Source: Camelus dromedarius (Eukaryota). From it: a stretch of 64,000 bases of DNA. The position numbers were made by a program, and so were the translations under genes. A model generated the notes under the pieces. It worked only from the letters and a program-made list of their open reading frames with translations. It was not told the origin of the DNA and did not search any database. Shown here in pieces: positions 1-13,926 of this stretch (position 1 is the stretch's first letter; every line of letters starts with the position of its first letter). The stretch spans positions 104,472,001-104,536,000 of the forward strand of contig NC_087437.1 in assembly GCF_036321535.1 (NCBI RefSeq). The letters run 5' to 3'.

Positions 1-842
1 AAAAATTATGTGCTGTTTTTGCATCTCCATGATTTCTTTGTGATTAATACTTAGAATTCTATATTAAAATATATTAATATTTTTGAAGCTTTTTAAAACT
101 ACAAGTTAGCATATGCTCAATGCTGAAAACAAAAACAAAAAGACACAGAAAATCTCAGTGAGGGAGGAAGGTTATCCAGTCACACCTCCCAAACACATTT
201 ACTTTTTAACTCTTTCTCTGCATCTTTTAGTCTTCTTTCCCATACTATCTGCATGCTCGTTAGACAAATGTTGTCATACTGTGTGTGTGTTGATATGCCA
301 GTTTTGACCTAACTTTTCACATTGCAACAATTTATTATACATTCACCTGTCAATCAAGATTTCTTACAGTTATTCAACAGCATAACATTATATCATGCAT
401 ATCATAATAGAAAATCTATCTAACCAGTGACTCTAGGTTCTTTCCAACTTAACATTGTGATTAATATGTTATAAATTTTCAAGCATTTATGATTAAATTA
501 TGAAGGTAAATGTCCTTCTGGTTATCCAGTTGCCATAACACAATTAGCATCATGTGCTGGGTATAGATTTTCTGGGTCAATGTTTAGCATACAGTATTTA
601 AATACTTAATAAGTACTGCCAAAGTGCACCAAAATAGAACTTAGAATTATTTAAATACCTACTAGCAAATGGTTTCCCTGCTTCATCAGCAACTCTGGCT
701 AGCATAAAATTTTTAAATGTGTATAATGCTTAAAGGTGAACTAATTCACAATAAATTAATTTGCTATACTTGACTATTTGATTACTAGGTTTAACTTTTA
801 TTTTTCACATGCTTCTTCACTTGTCAATTGACTCTTGCTTAT

Positions 843-1255
843 GTCCCAAGCGAAAATAGAGGACACGCCCCAAGTAGACATTTGAAGAGAATTTCATAAA
901 GGGGAACTTTACAAACGTTTGGGTAGTGTGTGGGAGAACCACAAGGGATAGAGCAGAATCTGAGGACTAGGAATAGCATTTCCAACCCAGGCCCAAAAGG
1001 ACAAGGAGAGAGTTGTCACCAGAACCCAAAAACAGAGCTGTGTGGAGAGGATTGCCAGTGGAAGCTGTGGCCTTATGTCCAGCTATCCCTGCAAGACCCT
1101 GAGGGAAGGAAGGAGACAGAAGAATAATGACCGCCAACCAGACTTTCCTCCTGACGTCTCCTTCCAGTGTTTCCATCAACTACTCTCAGTCAGAAGGTGG
1201 TGGACAAGAGCTCAGAGAGTGGAGGGGAGCTGGCTGAGTGTGGATCCTCAGTGTT
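843..1255. mobile_element. Old ERVL/MaLR-class LTR remnant
   Basis: GC-richer block within AT-rich DNA; motif 'tttacaaacgtttgggtagtgtgtgggagaaccacaagggatag' resembles old eutherian LTRs. Subfamily not determined. Confidence 0.5.
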
Positions 1256-2929
1256 AAACAGAAATTCCCTAGCACAGTGCTCTTCATTCGGTTCCATAAT
1301 GATGCTCTTTTTTCTTTGGTGTTTATTGTACTTATTCATTCAAAAGTACAGTGACGTTTTTCAATAGATGATATAAATATATTTCCAAATGTATTGTTTA
1401 TCTTTTAGTTTTGTTGCTTTCTCACAGGCAGAGGTTACTCATATTTATGTCATTACGTGGATCTTTTGACATATGGTGACTTTCTTTGGTAGCGATCCAA
1501 AAATAAATATAAATGTAAACATACAAACAACCACACACACCCACCACATACTCTACTGCCAATGTGTTTTTTGTATATAAATAATGTAGAAATATTTAAT
1601 TCTTCTGAAATACAATGTATATTCTCTGAGATAGATTTTCCCCCCAAATGTGCTAGTATATCCATGCATATCTGGACCAGATGTGTATCTCTGTCTCTGA
1701 AATGCCATCTTTATATCTACTCTATCTATCCACCATCAATCAATCAATCATCAGGATACAGATACACATGTTTTCTCCTTCCTCTTTTTCTTTCTTCACA
1801 TCAACCATGAGCCCTTCATTAGCATAAGGTCATGTCTATTACTCTGCCTCTAGTGATAGCTCTTAATGTTTTTCTAGCATCAAGTTGGATTTTTCAATAC
1901 TCTATTTTTTAAACTGATTTCACTGTGGATTTTAAGATATTACTTTAGTTTTCAGTTTCCTTTTAACAGTTATGGCTTTGTCTGTTCCTATTGGAGTAGG
2001 CCTTTGTCTACTTCCCATTTTATTTATTTTCATTTAATATATTGTTTTTTAATCTTGTCTGTCCACTCGTACTAGTTTTCTGCTGTTATTTTTTAAATGC
2101 ATATTTTAACTTCTTTTGTTCAAGTGTTTATACTGCATTGAGAATTTCAAAGAATTTCTTGTCTTTATTCCTTCACAAGACTAATTGTAAAAATGTATGT
2201 ATTGCAACACTATGCCTCTTCTCTGAATATTCAGCATTCTTCTTTTTAATCTACCAGGATGAAATAATAAATACTGGTTATGGAATATTTTATATGGAAA
2301 ATGTATAAAGAAATACTATATTATGCATCAGTCTGGGACTCAGTTTAAGTAGGAAAATAATGCAGATGAAGTTAAAAGCCTATCAGTATTTTATTGTTGA
2401 TAAATCTTTCCCACTAGTGTGCTTTTTATTTGACTTGTTGTTTGCTATGTCTTGCTTTTCTCTGCAGTAACGTTCCCCTCGTCATGTTTTATTGCCTTCA
2501 GTAACATTCCCCAAGTTACGTTTTACTGCTTTTGGAATGATCTGTGATTTTTTTTAGACTGTGTTTTTTGAACAAATTTTCTCTTTTAATTTCTTTCTTT
2601 CCATTTCCTCTACTGACAGAAGTCTCTTCTGAGGTTAGAGAACTGCTATGTCTACAGTTGAAGCCCAACATGTGTTCAAATTCTGTTCTATGCTTAGTAC
2701 CTAGTTAAAGCACAGATGTCTGTCTTCATTCAAAGTAAAGTGTATTCTTCAAACTACACTCTTTATTAGTCTTTTTCATTTGTTTACTTGTTTTTGAGGG
2801 TGCTGTATCTGAATAGGTTCAGGATGATAATGGTTGTGATATAACTTTTCTATACTCTCTGGCAGTCTCAGGAAGCAGAAACTTCATAGCAGAGGAACAG
2901 ATCTCTGATTCAGATTAGAAACTCATGAC

Positions 2930-3416
2930 CTTGGATATGGGTCTCTACTGAAATGCAACGTCTCCTTGACTTTCTTCAGAAATTGTTTATTTGAAAGGTA
3001 ATATCTGGACAATACATGCTGTTAAACCTAGAAAAATTTCTAACTCCTTCTGTCTTTGGAGGAAAGTGGAAAAAAACACTTAAAGGCAATATTTTATTGC
3101 ATCTAAATGATTATTTTTTATTTTGTTTTGAACACTCAAAAGAAATTTCTAATAGAATGATTTCTAAAGGCATGTGAAAGTGATAAAATATACAATGGTA
3201 ATACTTTTTAGATATCATCACTTCCACAGTCATTTGTGGGGAAAGAATTATAACTACGTGTTTGTGTTTCCCACAAGGTTTGAACAGGATCATCTCTGAG
3301 GTTGAACTGCTGACTCCTTACAGCCCACCTCTCCCATTACTGCAAAATGTGGCAATAGCCTTCTGATGCAATATTCATTAGTGGGAAATAGTTGGGCCAG
3401 TTGTTCTTTCTATATC
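2930..3416 (-). pseudogene. Fossil exon, RGS-like
   Basis: Acceptor 'ttgtcatctcttggtag|' at 3417. Translation DIERTTGPTISH**ILHQKAIATF...GVSSSTSEMIL...SPQMTVEVMISKKYYHCIF resembles the RGS helices. Downstream EGVRNFSRF...FLKKVKE suggests another RGS start. 3' boundary approximate. Confidence 0.55.
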
Positions 3417-3689
3417 CTACCAAGAGATGACAAAATTAAATTATTTTTTTTCTGGTACTGTTTTTCTTCAATCACTAATTTAATGTGTATTACTGTTTTA
3501 GTTCTTTAGTTAGTGTTTTGATTTCAGCATTTGATCAGAAATAATTTAATTTTTATATTGTTCTCAAAAAGTTCCAGTCTATAAATTTTTGCCATGTCAA
3601 CCTTATAATCATCAGACTAGGTTTTTACTAACAATTGTTCACATTTATATTAATCTGTCTGTCAGACAATGTCGTAGGAACTTTTTACG

Positions 3690-3830
3690 TATAATAAGTA
3701 ATTTAATACCCTTGACGACCCATTGAGTTTGGCACCATTACGATCTTCATTTTACTTATAAAGAAACTGAAGCACTGAGAAATCAAGTGAACTACTTAAA
3801 CTCAAAGGATCGGCAAGTGGCAAGATTGCC
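3690..3830. mobile_element. MIR SINE fragment
   Basis: Core-like 'cattttacttataaagaaactgaagcactgagaaatcaagtgaact'. Confidence 0.6.
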
Positions 3831-4389
3831 AAGTCTGCTTTCGGGTCTTTCCCTACATATATGATATTCTCATCCCAACAAAAGTCCTCTTTTAAGCGTA
3901 ATCATTTGTGTGTGGTAATTTCTTTATTTCTATGCCATTGATTATGCTCTTTTATCCAGGTGGAGTATTTTCCCCCTGCTTCTCTATCAGTATGTGTTAC
4001 CTATGACCTCATATTAATAATATTTAATAATCTTATATTATTACAACCATTCCTTAAATTTCCACCACAGTATGTCTAGCATATGTTTTATGACATATTA
4101 TTTTGTACTTGTATAAAATTGGTATACTCACTCATTCAGTAGTTAGTTATTGAAAATCTACTGTTTTCTAAGCAAAGCACTAGGTACTGAGAAAATACTA
4201 GGATTCAAGACAAAAATGTCTGCCTTTGATAATGTTATATTCTGGAATATAGTTCACAAAAATTATAATTGGTTTTTTTTTTTGCTTCAAAATAAACTAG
4301 CATATCCATTATAGCATATTAAATATTTCCATGAATAATATCGTTTCTACAAAGACTGCTGAGGTTCATTTAATTATTTTGCTCTAACA

Positions 4390-5950
4390 GTTTGTCAGTT
4401 TCTTATAAAGGTTAAAAAACTCATAAATTCTAGTCATTTACCAACATGAAATTAAAAGTTATGTTCACAAAAAAGTTTATATATAAACGTTTATTAGTGT
4501 TTATTCATAATTACTAGAACTTAAATTGCCTGTAACTGGTGAATGCAGAAACCAACTGTGGAACATTCATACAATGAAATACTGCTTGGCTAGAAAAAGG
4601 AACAAAGGCAAGACAAAAGACAAAGGTAAGAACACGGAGGAAGCTCTAAGGCATAATGCTAAGTGAAAGAAGGCAGAATCAAAAGGACACAAACAGTATG
4701 TTTCCGTTCTAACAGCAATCTGTGAAAGCAAAGCTATAAGGAAAGAAAGCAGATTGGTGGTTCCTAAGGGCTGGGGCAGAGGGGAGGGTGTGCTACCCAA
4801 GAACATAATGGGACTTTTGGGGGTGATAGAAATGTTCTAAATCCTGATGTGATGATGGCGATTACATGACTCTGTATTTGTCACAATTCATGCAAAAAAC
4901 TGTAAGTTTATAATAAAATAAACAATAAAAATGAGAAGCAATTAAATGAGTTAATAGTAGACTGAACATGAAAGAAAATAGAGTTGCTATGGGGAAAGGT
5001 CAATAGAAAATAAACAATCTGAAATACAGAGGTCATGTATATCTGTAACTATATCTATAACTACAACAAATAAATCAGTATAAGATACTGGCAGAAACAA
5101 AAGCGTATGATAAATGGCAATTTTAGCTTCTAATGAATAGGATTAAGAGTGGTACAAAAACAATACATGAAGAGATAATGACTGAAAATTTTCCAAGAAT
5201 GATGAAAAAAAATGACCTAGATACTTAAGAAGCTCATCAAATGCCATGTGGGAGAAAATGACATCTAGGCACATTACAGCAAACATGAGAAAACAAATGA
5301 AACAAATCACAAAGAAAGAAACAAGCAACCTTAAAGACAGCCAGCCAAAAAGACACGTGCCATGAGAAGAGTAATGACAATACTCTTAAAGAGAAATTAT
5401 GGAAACCAGAGACGATAGAGTGATATCCAAAGTGCTAAAAAAAGAAAAGAAAAGAAAAAGCCAATCCAGGATTTTAAATCCTATTAAAATACTCTTCAAA
5501 AATTGAAGCAAAAATAAAGTTATTTTTGGACATACAGAGGATGAAATCATTGGTCCTTATTTTGCATTATAAAAAGTACCAAATGATATTTGTCAATCCG
5601 AAGGATTCTTCTCATATGAAATTTGGAACTCTAAGAAGTCATAAAAATTGGTGGAATTAGTAAATGTGTGCCTAATGCAAAACAATATAGACTATTTTAA
5701 ACAGCAAACATTATATTGTCTTAATGCCTATTGCACAAAGGATGGACTAATTTTAATCAGTTGAATAGTTATAAGGTTCTCACATTGTTTCTTAAGTGGC
5801 AAATAATTGATTTATTGTTGATTGCAATGAGCCAAGACTATATAATACATTTTTTAGATTACATGGAAATATCAAAATGAGAAATATAAGCAAAACCTAA
5901 AAAGAAAACAAGGAATAAAAATTCTCAAGTAATCTAAAAGAAAGGAAAAA
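4390..5950 (+). mobile_element. Old L1 (L1M) fragments: 3' end (~4390-4920) followed by ORF1-like region
   Basis: 'cattcatacaatgaaatactgc...gcataatgctaagtgaaagaaggcag...gggggtgatagaaatgttcta' is a typical L1ME/MC 3' end; 'ataatgactgaaaattttccaaga' is ORF1-like. Confidence 0.75.
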
Positions 5951-6304
5951 GACATTTTTTTCTCTTTTCTCTCTTTCACAAATCATTTCATCTTTAACAC
6001 TCTTTTTCTTGAAGTAACACTGAAAGAAAGAATAATTCATTTATTAATAAATGTGTGCTTTAATAACTAAAAAGAAATAATGAGCAAAGTCAAAAAGGGT
6101 ACACTAATAATATGACAAGAATAAACAAAAAATGACAAAAACAATCAAGATTTACATATTTTTTGCAGAATGGTCCCTGTTGACCAGTCTGCAGTTTCTA
6201 ATGATTAAAACAGAGAAATTAACATGATATATTCTGCACATCTTTATGTGAGAGGTATTGCTAAATCTGTGTATACTATAAAGATATACTTACATTTTAC
6301 TCAC

Positions 6305-7460
6305 CTATGAATTCTGTATTTCATTTATTTATTTTTAAATGTGATACCATTTGTCATCTACTAGAATAAGCTTAACTTATTGGAGATGAATTTAAAATGG
6401 GTATCATATTGCCAGAAATAATCTACTGATGTGTCTGACAAATCATTTTTGTTCAGAGTTTCAATAGTATATAAGGTATAAAACATTGAATATTTGTGGC
6501 AAATATTGAGCTGTTCAATACACTCTGCTTCTGTTTAATTGCATGTGAAAGAAAAATTTATGTCTTTAATTATCTACATTTGCAATTGATAAGAAAGACA
6601 AATTATGAAGTAATTACTGGAATCAATGTAGTTGGAAATGAAAGCAAAGCTCTGTATCTTTTGCTACTTAAGTCTTTAAGTTCTCTATTTTTTAATACAG
6701 TGGCTCTTGATGTATTGTGTTTCTTGGATAGTTACTCATAACAAAAACATATGAGAAAAATTAAATATTGATGTTCACAGTAGAAGAGTTGCAATATTTC
6801 ACAGAGTTTTACCAAATAAGCAATATTTCTACTTGCTAGGCATTCTTTGTTGATGAAAGGTTATTTTTCTTCCCACTCGAGAGGAAATCAGAAAAGTCAT
6901 TTTAAACTATATTTAACTGTATATTCTATTTTTTTAGAAGCAAATAGACATGAAATGCAACAGAATTGTTGACCGAGATGGCTTTTACTGTGACAAATCT
7001 GATGATCTCTATGTTTTAAAACAAGCCATGCTGTATCTTAGAAGTATGGCTGTATTCTATTTGAAATGTTTGGAATATTTTATGATTGAAAAAATATCAA
7101 CTTCTTTTTAAGAAATAAATTCTTCTTTCCACTCTAATGTGGAATTTTCAAATGCACATACAGAAATATTCAGATCTTACCGAATTATTGAATTTGACAA
7201 TAAATAAAAAGATAGGCAAAATATCACATGACTCTTTAACACATAAATATAATTTCTCATTATCTCTGATCTGGCCACGAAATATATACATGAATTTTTT
7301 TATATATCTTTAAAATGTAACTTGAAAATTTCTGTCACTATCTGAGTAGGTATCCTCTGGGATGCAGCATTAATAACTTAGAAACAATTTAACTCAACAC
7401 TCCAACTCCGTTGTAGATTCTCTACTATGTTACAGTCATTATGATGAGGTAAGTAGACTC
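6305..7460 (-). pseudogene. Three fossil exons (~7460-7181, 7056-6813, 6530-6305), RGS-like
   Basis: Donors CG|GTAAGA (7180), TTG|GTAAAA (6812), TAG|GTGAGT (6304); acceptors at 7057 and 6531. Peptides VINAASQRIPTQIVTEIFKLHFKDI*KNSCIYFVARSEIMRN, NNSVAFHVYLLLKK*NIQLNIV*NDF and EAECIEQLN...LSDTSVDYFWQY...FISNKLSLF*. Confidence 0.55.
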
Positions 7461-8049
7461 AGATGCAGGCATTTTCATTTATTTTTCTCACTGATTCATG
7501 TAGTAAGTCTCAAGAGACTCCTCCAAGGCAAAAATTATAAAAATAATTAATATAGAAATCAAGAATGAAATCAAAGAAGAAATGAACTAAAATTTTTAAA
7601 ATAAGAAAATGTATATTTTGAGACAAAAATTAATGGAAATGCTTCAAGGTACTGGAGAGTTATAAATTTATGAAAGCGCATATTTTTAGGAATGGTAGAA
7701 GAGACTTAGCTCTGTGGTATGAATGGCAGGGTGATATATAGGATACACTTTCTGCCCTTGATCTTTGGGAGCTTTCTGACTACTTAAGCAAGATCAGAAA
7801 CATACTCATTGTAAAGGGATTAAAAAATAAATGTTTATAATATGTATAAATAATTTTAGAAAAGCAAGGGAAATAGGTTTAAGGAAATCAAAGAAAACTT
7901 TCAAAAATATCAAGAAAAGACACCACGAAATTGTTTAATCTGTGGTGGCCTTTGAATAAGAATTCAAATTGCAATGAAAAGGAAATGTACACCCAAACAA
8001 CTAAAATTAAGTAAATAAATATATTAGGTGTGTACAATGTTGCAGTTGT

Positions 8050-8250
8050 TACTGTAAACATTTTGCATTTCTTATCATACTCAATATTTCCAACATTATG
8101 AGGGGCATAGTTACTATTATTTCATTTTTAATTAAAGGAGCTGAGGCCTGGGATTAAATGACTCCCCTAAGTCATAGAGCTATTTTGTGTAGATCCAGAA
8201 TTCAAACACTGGTTAACATCTGAGCCTGCCTTCTAAACCACACTGTTACA
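8050..8250. mobile_element. MIR SINE
   Basis: 'attatttcatttttaattaaaggagctgaggcctgggattaaatgactcccctaagtcatagagcta...ccagaattcaaac'. Confidence 0.7.
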
Positions 8251-9111
8251 TTGCTTAGACACTGCAATGGGGGTTGAAAAAGATCACAATGGTAATCGAT
8301 ACATTGAAAAGCATATTTTTGGTTATTAGCATTCATGAGGCAAGAAAGAACTAGAAGAACATGTTAAGGTCAGATTCTTAAAGAACCATGTAATATAAGA
8401 TAAGAAGTTTGTATTGGAGTCTGTAGTCAATAGTGGAGATCTTTACATAAATACATAAATACTAAACATGTAAGTAGATAGATAGTCACTGTGCTAGGAT
8501 CACTGATACATCACTTACATTTATGTGTCCATTTGTTTACTCATTCAGTTGTTTACTAAGTTTAAAAACCTTTTTACAGAATGCTTATTATATGCCAGAC
8601 ACAGTGCTACACACAGGGATCCTGATATAAATTGGAGACTTTTGATGCTGTGAAGAATTTGCAGAAAGATTTTTTAAGTCAAGCTAAAATTAAAGTCTAA
8701 CATGATAGTAATACTTTTGAGTATGTTACTCTATGATCCATATAGATTTATGCAATACATAAAATTATTTGTATATCATATATAAAGAAATACATATGTA
8801 TAAAGAATATATATAAATATATAAAGAAAATATATATGTGTAAAATATATCCATATAAAAATAACTATACATATATTTTATTTATAATATATAATGTTAG
8901 AAATACACATGATTTACACATAATTTTATGTAAATATGATTACTAGCATACCACAGAGTTAATATTCTTTTTATATGAATACACTCCTTTCTTATCTACA
9001 TGACACTCATCCCTAAAGTACTGTGAGTCACCTCAAGTTAATAAAGTAGTTCTTACTCTTTCATATTTTTAAAATTAATATTTACTTTTCCAAATAAGTG
9101 TATGTGCATTT

Positions 9112-9497
9112 ATGTATTAGTTGGCTAGGGCTGCCATCACAAAATACCACAAACTGTGTGGCTTAAATAACAGAAATTTATTCCCCATGGTTCTGGAGGC
9201 TGGAAGTCCAAGATCAAGGTGTTGGCAGATTTGATTTCTCCTGAGGCCTCCCTTGTTTTCACAGATGACTACCTTATCACTGTGTTCTCACACTGTCTTT
9301 TCTCTGTACCTGTGCACTCCAGGAGTCTTTTCCTTTTCTTGGAAGGACACCACTCATATTGAATTAGAGTCCTACCCTTAGATTTCATTAAATATGAACT
9401 GCTTCTTTAAAGGCCCTATCTCCAAATACAGTCCTGTTGGAAGTTGGGTCTTCAACACATGAATTTTTGAGAGTGTAACAATTCAATCCAAAACAAT
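9112..9497 (-). mobile_element. MaLR solo LTR (MLT1B/C-like)
   Basis: Begins 'tgtattagttggctagggctgccatcacaaaataccacaaactg...ttctggaggctggaagtccaagatcaaggt', the reverse complement of the MLT1 3' end. Confidence 0.85.
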
Positions 9498-10339
9498 GTA
9501 TAAATATGCACACAGTCAAATCAAATCATGAAGTATTTTTAAATGAGCTTTTAGATATAATTTTTCATATCAGACATTTCTAACTATGAAATATTTTGTA
9601 TAAACCATTAAAAGTCAATTGATACTGACCTAATTCATTCTTGAAATAACTGCATGATATTCCACTGTGTGGTTAAACCATAATTTAGTCAGTCATTCGC
9701 ATACAATATATTGACGACTTTTATGACATTGCAAGCTTTTATGCAATAAATACCTTTAGATACATATTTTTAAGTATTAAACTTTAAATTTTTTAAATAA
9801 TAAATTCTCAAAAGTGTGATTTCTAGGTCAAAGGCTTTGGGTATTTTGAGTTTTAGAAGAAATTGCTAAATTGATTTTCCAAAGGAAATACACTTGGCAT
9901 TTCCTCCAAACATCTTATAGTAAATCTTTTTTGTTATAGACTCCACAGCAGTAGGACTTTTAGCCCTTCATTTTATTTTTTAAATCACTTTTATGAGGTT
10001 GTTACTTCCTTATCAATTTAATTTTCTTTCTTAATATCAGTGAATTTTAGCATCCTTATATAGATTTGGATTTGAAAATCTATAGATTTGCAAGTTGAAC
10101 CACATACTTTTGCTCCTATTTTATAAGTCTTTCTCTTATCAGTTTATAATAATTATTTGAAGATTATGCACAACTCTACAACTGGTATCTGTTTGTAAAT
10201 TATTTACTGGGAATTTATCTTAATAGGTAAACTGAGAAGATGCTTGTCCATTTCTAGACATACAGTGCTATTTTCCTCCACCTCTAATTTTCCTCTAGTG
10301 TCTACATGCTAGACAATGAGACAGATAAAAAGGCAAGTA

Positions 10340-11050
10340 CAAAACAATTCACTGTGAAGTGACAAAACTGTAAACAGAACAAGTTATGACCCAGACTCTC
10401 AGAAAGAAATTTAAAGTATGGATTATTAATATGTCCAGGTTTCTAAAAGAAAAAGGTGGACACATTTAATGAACAGATGTGGGTTCTCACAAGACAAATG
10501 AAAATTATGCAATAAAGTCAAAAGCAAATACTAGAAATAAAAAAAAGTGACAAAAATTAATAGTATGTTTATTATGTTCATTATTAGGCTAAACACAACC
10601 CAGGAATGAGCAATACATGCAAAAACAGAGTTTAATTAAAATTATTTCAGGTGAAACCCAAGAAGGAAAAAAACACAGAAATGAAGAAAACAACACAGAA
10701 CAAAAAAAGACCAGTTTTGAGAGAATATCTAATGGCCCAACATAGTTGAACTTGGCATTCAAATGGGAGAAGACAGAAAGAAAACAGCAGGAGAAAAGAT
10801 TTGAAAAGATAATGACTGAAAATTTTCCAAAAGTAATGAAAGACTTTCAACCACATAGGCAATAATCTCAGAAAATCTCAAACAAGAGGAAAAAGGAATT
10901 TACAAAATACTAAAACATACCTCATGTATCTACACATTGTAGAAAGATGTGTTTACACTGATACCTGCAATTTCACTATATTTCATTTGGATTCTTAATA
11001 TACATATAAAACAGTTTCAGAATTATTTTACTATATCATTACAATAATTA
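10340..11050 (+). mobile_element. Old L1 ORF1-region fragment
   Basis: A-rich; 'gatttgaaaagataatgactgaaaattttccaaaagtaatgaaagac' is an L1M ORF1 motif. Confidence 0.65.
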
Positions 11051-11132
11051 AATTGATAAAAAACAAATTTGGGCTACCTTTTGCCATTTTTTTTTTGAAC
11101 CACCTCCCAAAGACCTGTTCAAGACCCAATAG

Positions 11133-11507
11133 TGTAGAAATAACTGTCTAGGCCCAAGATGGAGCCACTTCTGCCTGTGGTGCCATATCAGCAAATCAAA
11201 ACTCAGAGAATTTTTGCATCCCTGTGAATGCTCCCCTTGACCAGAAACACAGAGTATCCAGTCAGCCAGTCCCCAAACACCAAGCCAGCTCTGGGCCTTC
11301 TCACCCCAAACAGGGTTGACTGTGTGGCCCCAGCCAATCAGATATTTTTAGTTTTTCTCTTCCTTTTTCTTTATTCTTCATCCTATAAATCTTCCTGCCT
11401 TCCACCTCATTTTGTAGTTCTCTGAGACTATCTGCTTCATGAAATGTTAAATAAAATTTGCTTGTATCACCTAAACTGTCTTCTTTAATCTTTTTTTTTT
11501 TTTTACA
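11133..11507 (+). mobile_element. ERV solo LTR
   Basis: TG...CA ends, CCAAT (11334), TATA 'ctataaat' (~11383), AATAAA (11450). AGTGTA occurs at both boundaries (11131 and 11507). Confidence 0.7.
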
Positions 11508-12278
11508 GTGTATGGTTAAATACCTTACCCTAGGCTTTGGTGCGGTTATAGTATTGATTTGAAATAAAACTATGTTTATTTGTTTTAGTGGGTTTTGGCT
11601 TCTTTTGTTGTTTATTCTTCCAATTTTAACTGATTAAAGTTTATATATTTAATGATGTGGGACATTATTGTGCTTTCAGTAATTAAAGAAGGTATACTTA
11701 GAGGAATGTCAATTTTCCTTTATCCTTTCCATTCCGTTTTGTTATCCTGTTGGTAAACAACTTCATTGTTTTCTGGTGATTCTTTTGGTAACAGAAGTTT
11801 GTATGTGTGCTTATTAATTTTTAGCAGGCAATATCTCTTGAAAATAAAATACATCCTGAACAAAATTAAACTATACCAAGTGATGCCAGAAATAATATTA
11901 CATCATTTCCAAGTTGGATTCGTTTCAGCAACGTGAAATTACTACAGTGGTATTTATTTAATCATTGTTCTTTAAATTGTACATTAGTATTATATATATT
12001 CTTCTTTCTGCATATTTCATAGTAAAATATGTTCCCCATATTGGGCCAAATACAAGGATATATGAACTTAATGTCACTTAAAACCCTCCTTTCATTGTAT
12101 CATGTGATTCAATAATAAACATGTAATTCCAGTATTTTTGTAACTCACTATAGCATATCTTTTGAAGAAAAAGACATTGTTTCTGACCTCATCATTACAA
12201 ATAATCAGATATCTTCATTGATTCTTACTGTGAACTTGAGTATTTAGTTTCAGTATTAGATTTGAACTAACTGTTAGT

Positions 12279-12304
12279 TAGCTAGCTAGCTAGCTAGCTA
12301 GCTA
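12279..12304. repeat. (TAGC)n microsatellite
   Basis: tagctagctagctagctagctagcta. Confidence 0.95.
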
Positions 12305-13346
12305 CCTTTAAGGGATATTTGAATCACCATGAAGAAGGGCTTTCATTATCTCCTCATGAAAGAATGACACCTTTCAGGAAATGATGATATTGTTTCCATA
12401 AGTAAAATAGTTTCTTATCTTCTATCACCTGAAAATGTTCAGAATAATTATGAAAGCTATAATTTACTCCTAAGTGCTGGTGTAAGAGTTCAAATTAAGT
12501 CACACAGCAAAGAATTCCTAAATTCTTCCAATTCTCACGTGTTCACTTAAAGAAATTATGTTATAAACACTCTCTAAAAAAAAAAAAAATCCCTTAATTG
12601 CATTTCATTATTTACCAGATTTTAATTTGAAAATCCTGTTGATTAGCTCAGTGATTAACCTGTAACCATTGTGTCAAACTAGTTCTAAGTTGCATGTTTA
12701 AAAACCTTGCTTTAATTGACAAAAATGCATTAAGTAAAAGTAATATCCACTTTAAACAAATACTTGAATTTAATAACATAATTTTATTGCTTTCATTATA
12801 TTTGTAGTCATTAGTTCACAAATTCAAAATATATCTGGATGTATTTTTACTTCTTTCTTGTGCAAGCATAAAGTCTCTTTTGATCAAATACAGTTTTTTT
12901 TTTTTTCTTTTGGTGAAGGGGTTGAATTTCTACAGAGCAAAATCAGAAGAAAGAAAGAAAGAAATATCAATCAGATGGTAAACCTCTTGCAAATAGTAAA
13001 TAAATACATGTTTACAGAATTGAAATCTTTCCTTCAAGCCAATCCTTTTTGATTGTTGGTTTATTTGCTTGTTTGATTAGTTTTAGTATGTATTTCTCTG
13101 CATTTCTTGAACAGCAAATTTACTCATCTAGGATAATTTTGTCTATACATATGCAAACCAATGTTTAAGTACATGTTTAAATATATCCAATAGTTATACT
13201 TATTGAAAAATGGTTTTCTGAGCAAAAACTCCATGTTTTTATGAAGACTTCTTATTGTACATTTTAAAATTGTGTATTCTACTCCATGGATGATTTGTCT
13301 TTAAAAATATGCAACCATAGCTTTCAGAATAAGGCCAGCAATAAAC

Positions 13347-13455
13347 CTGATGGTATGAAGCACAATGTGTGTACAAGTCCATGAGCTGCTCCATTTGGGA
13401 GCCACTTACAATTGCTTTCTTAAACACCACAACTATTGTAACTATTGCCATAATT
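13347..13455 (-). pseudogene. Fossil exon after the ankyrin cluster (domain unassigned)
   Basis: Acceptor 'atgcttacag|' at 13456 in phase 2, matching the phase-2 donor at 19640. Reads (R)IMAIVTIVVVFKKAIVSGSQMEQLMDLYTHCASYHQ; possible donor CAG|GTTTAT at 13346. Confidence 0.5.
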
Positions 13456-13574
13456 CTGTAAGCATTTGTTTTTCAGACTTACTAAATCAAAGCCAAATAA
13501 ACATAGAATTTTCTTTGTATTTATTTCCATGTCTATTATTTTCATAGGAAAACTAAAATTCAGCATTGAGACTT

Positions 13575-13926
13575 ATAATGGTCTGAATTTTTATGTCTCC
13601 CCGAAGTTCATAAGCTGATGTCCTAACCCCAAAGATTACCATATTAGGAGGGGGGACCTTTGGGAGTTGCTTAGGTCATGAAGGTGGAGCCCCCATGAAT
13701 GGGATTAGTGTCTGTAAAGGAAACCCTACAGACAGCCCTCAACTCCTGCTATGTGAGGACACAGCGAAAAGGTTCTGTCTGAAGCCAAGAAGTGGCCCTT
13801 TACCAAACATTGGATCTGCTGGCACTGTAGTCCTAGACCTCTCAGCTTCTAGAACTATGAAGAAGAAACTTGTGTTGTTTACATGTCTTTGACATTTTGT
13901 TACAGCAGCCCAAACAGACTAACGCA
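13575..13926 (+). mobile_element. MaLR solo LTR (MLT1A0-like)
   Basis: 'atggtctgaatttttatgtctccccgaagttcata...ggtcatgaaggtggagcccccatgaatgggattagtg...ttttgttacagcagcccaaacagactaa'. Confidence 0.88.

Noticed and set aside
6324..6363. Stop codon plus AATAAA suggesting a terminal exon on the minus strand
   Set aside because: A strong GTGAGT donor follows at 6304 and further RGS-like sequence lies at 3416, so this is more likely a nonsense mutation.
6938..7043. Apparent + strand exon (KQIDMKCNRIVDRDGFYCDKSDDLYVLKQAMLYLR) with AG/GT ends
   Set aside because: No recognisable protein and no convincing + strand partner exons. It is the antisense of a minus-strand fossil exon that fits the larger pattern.
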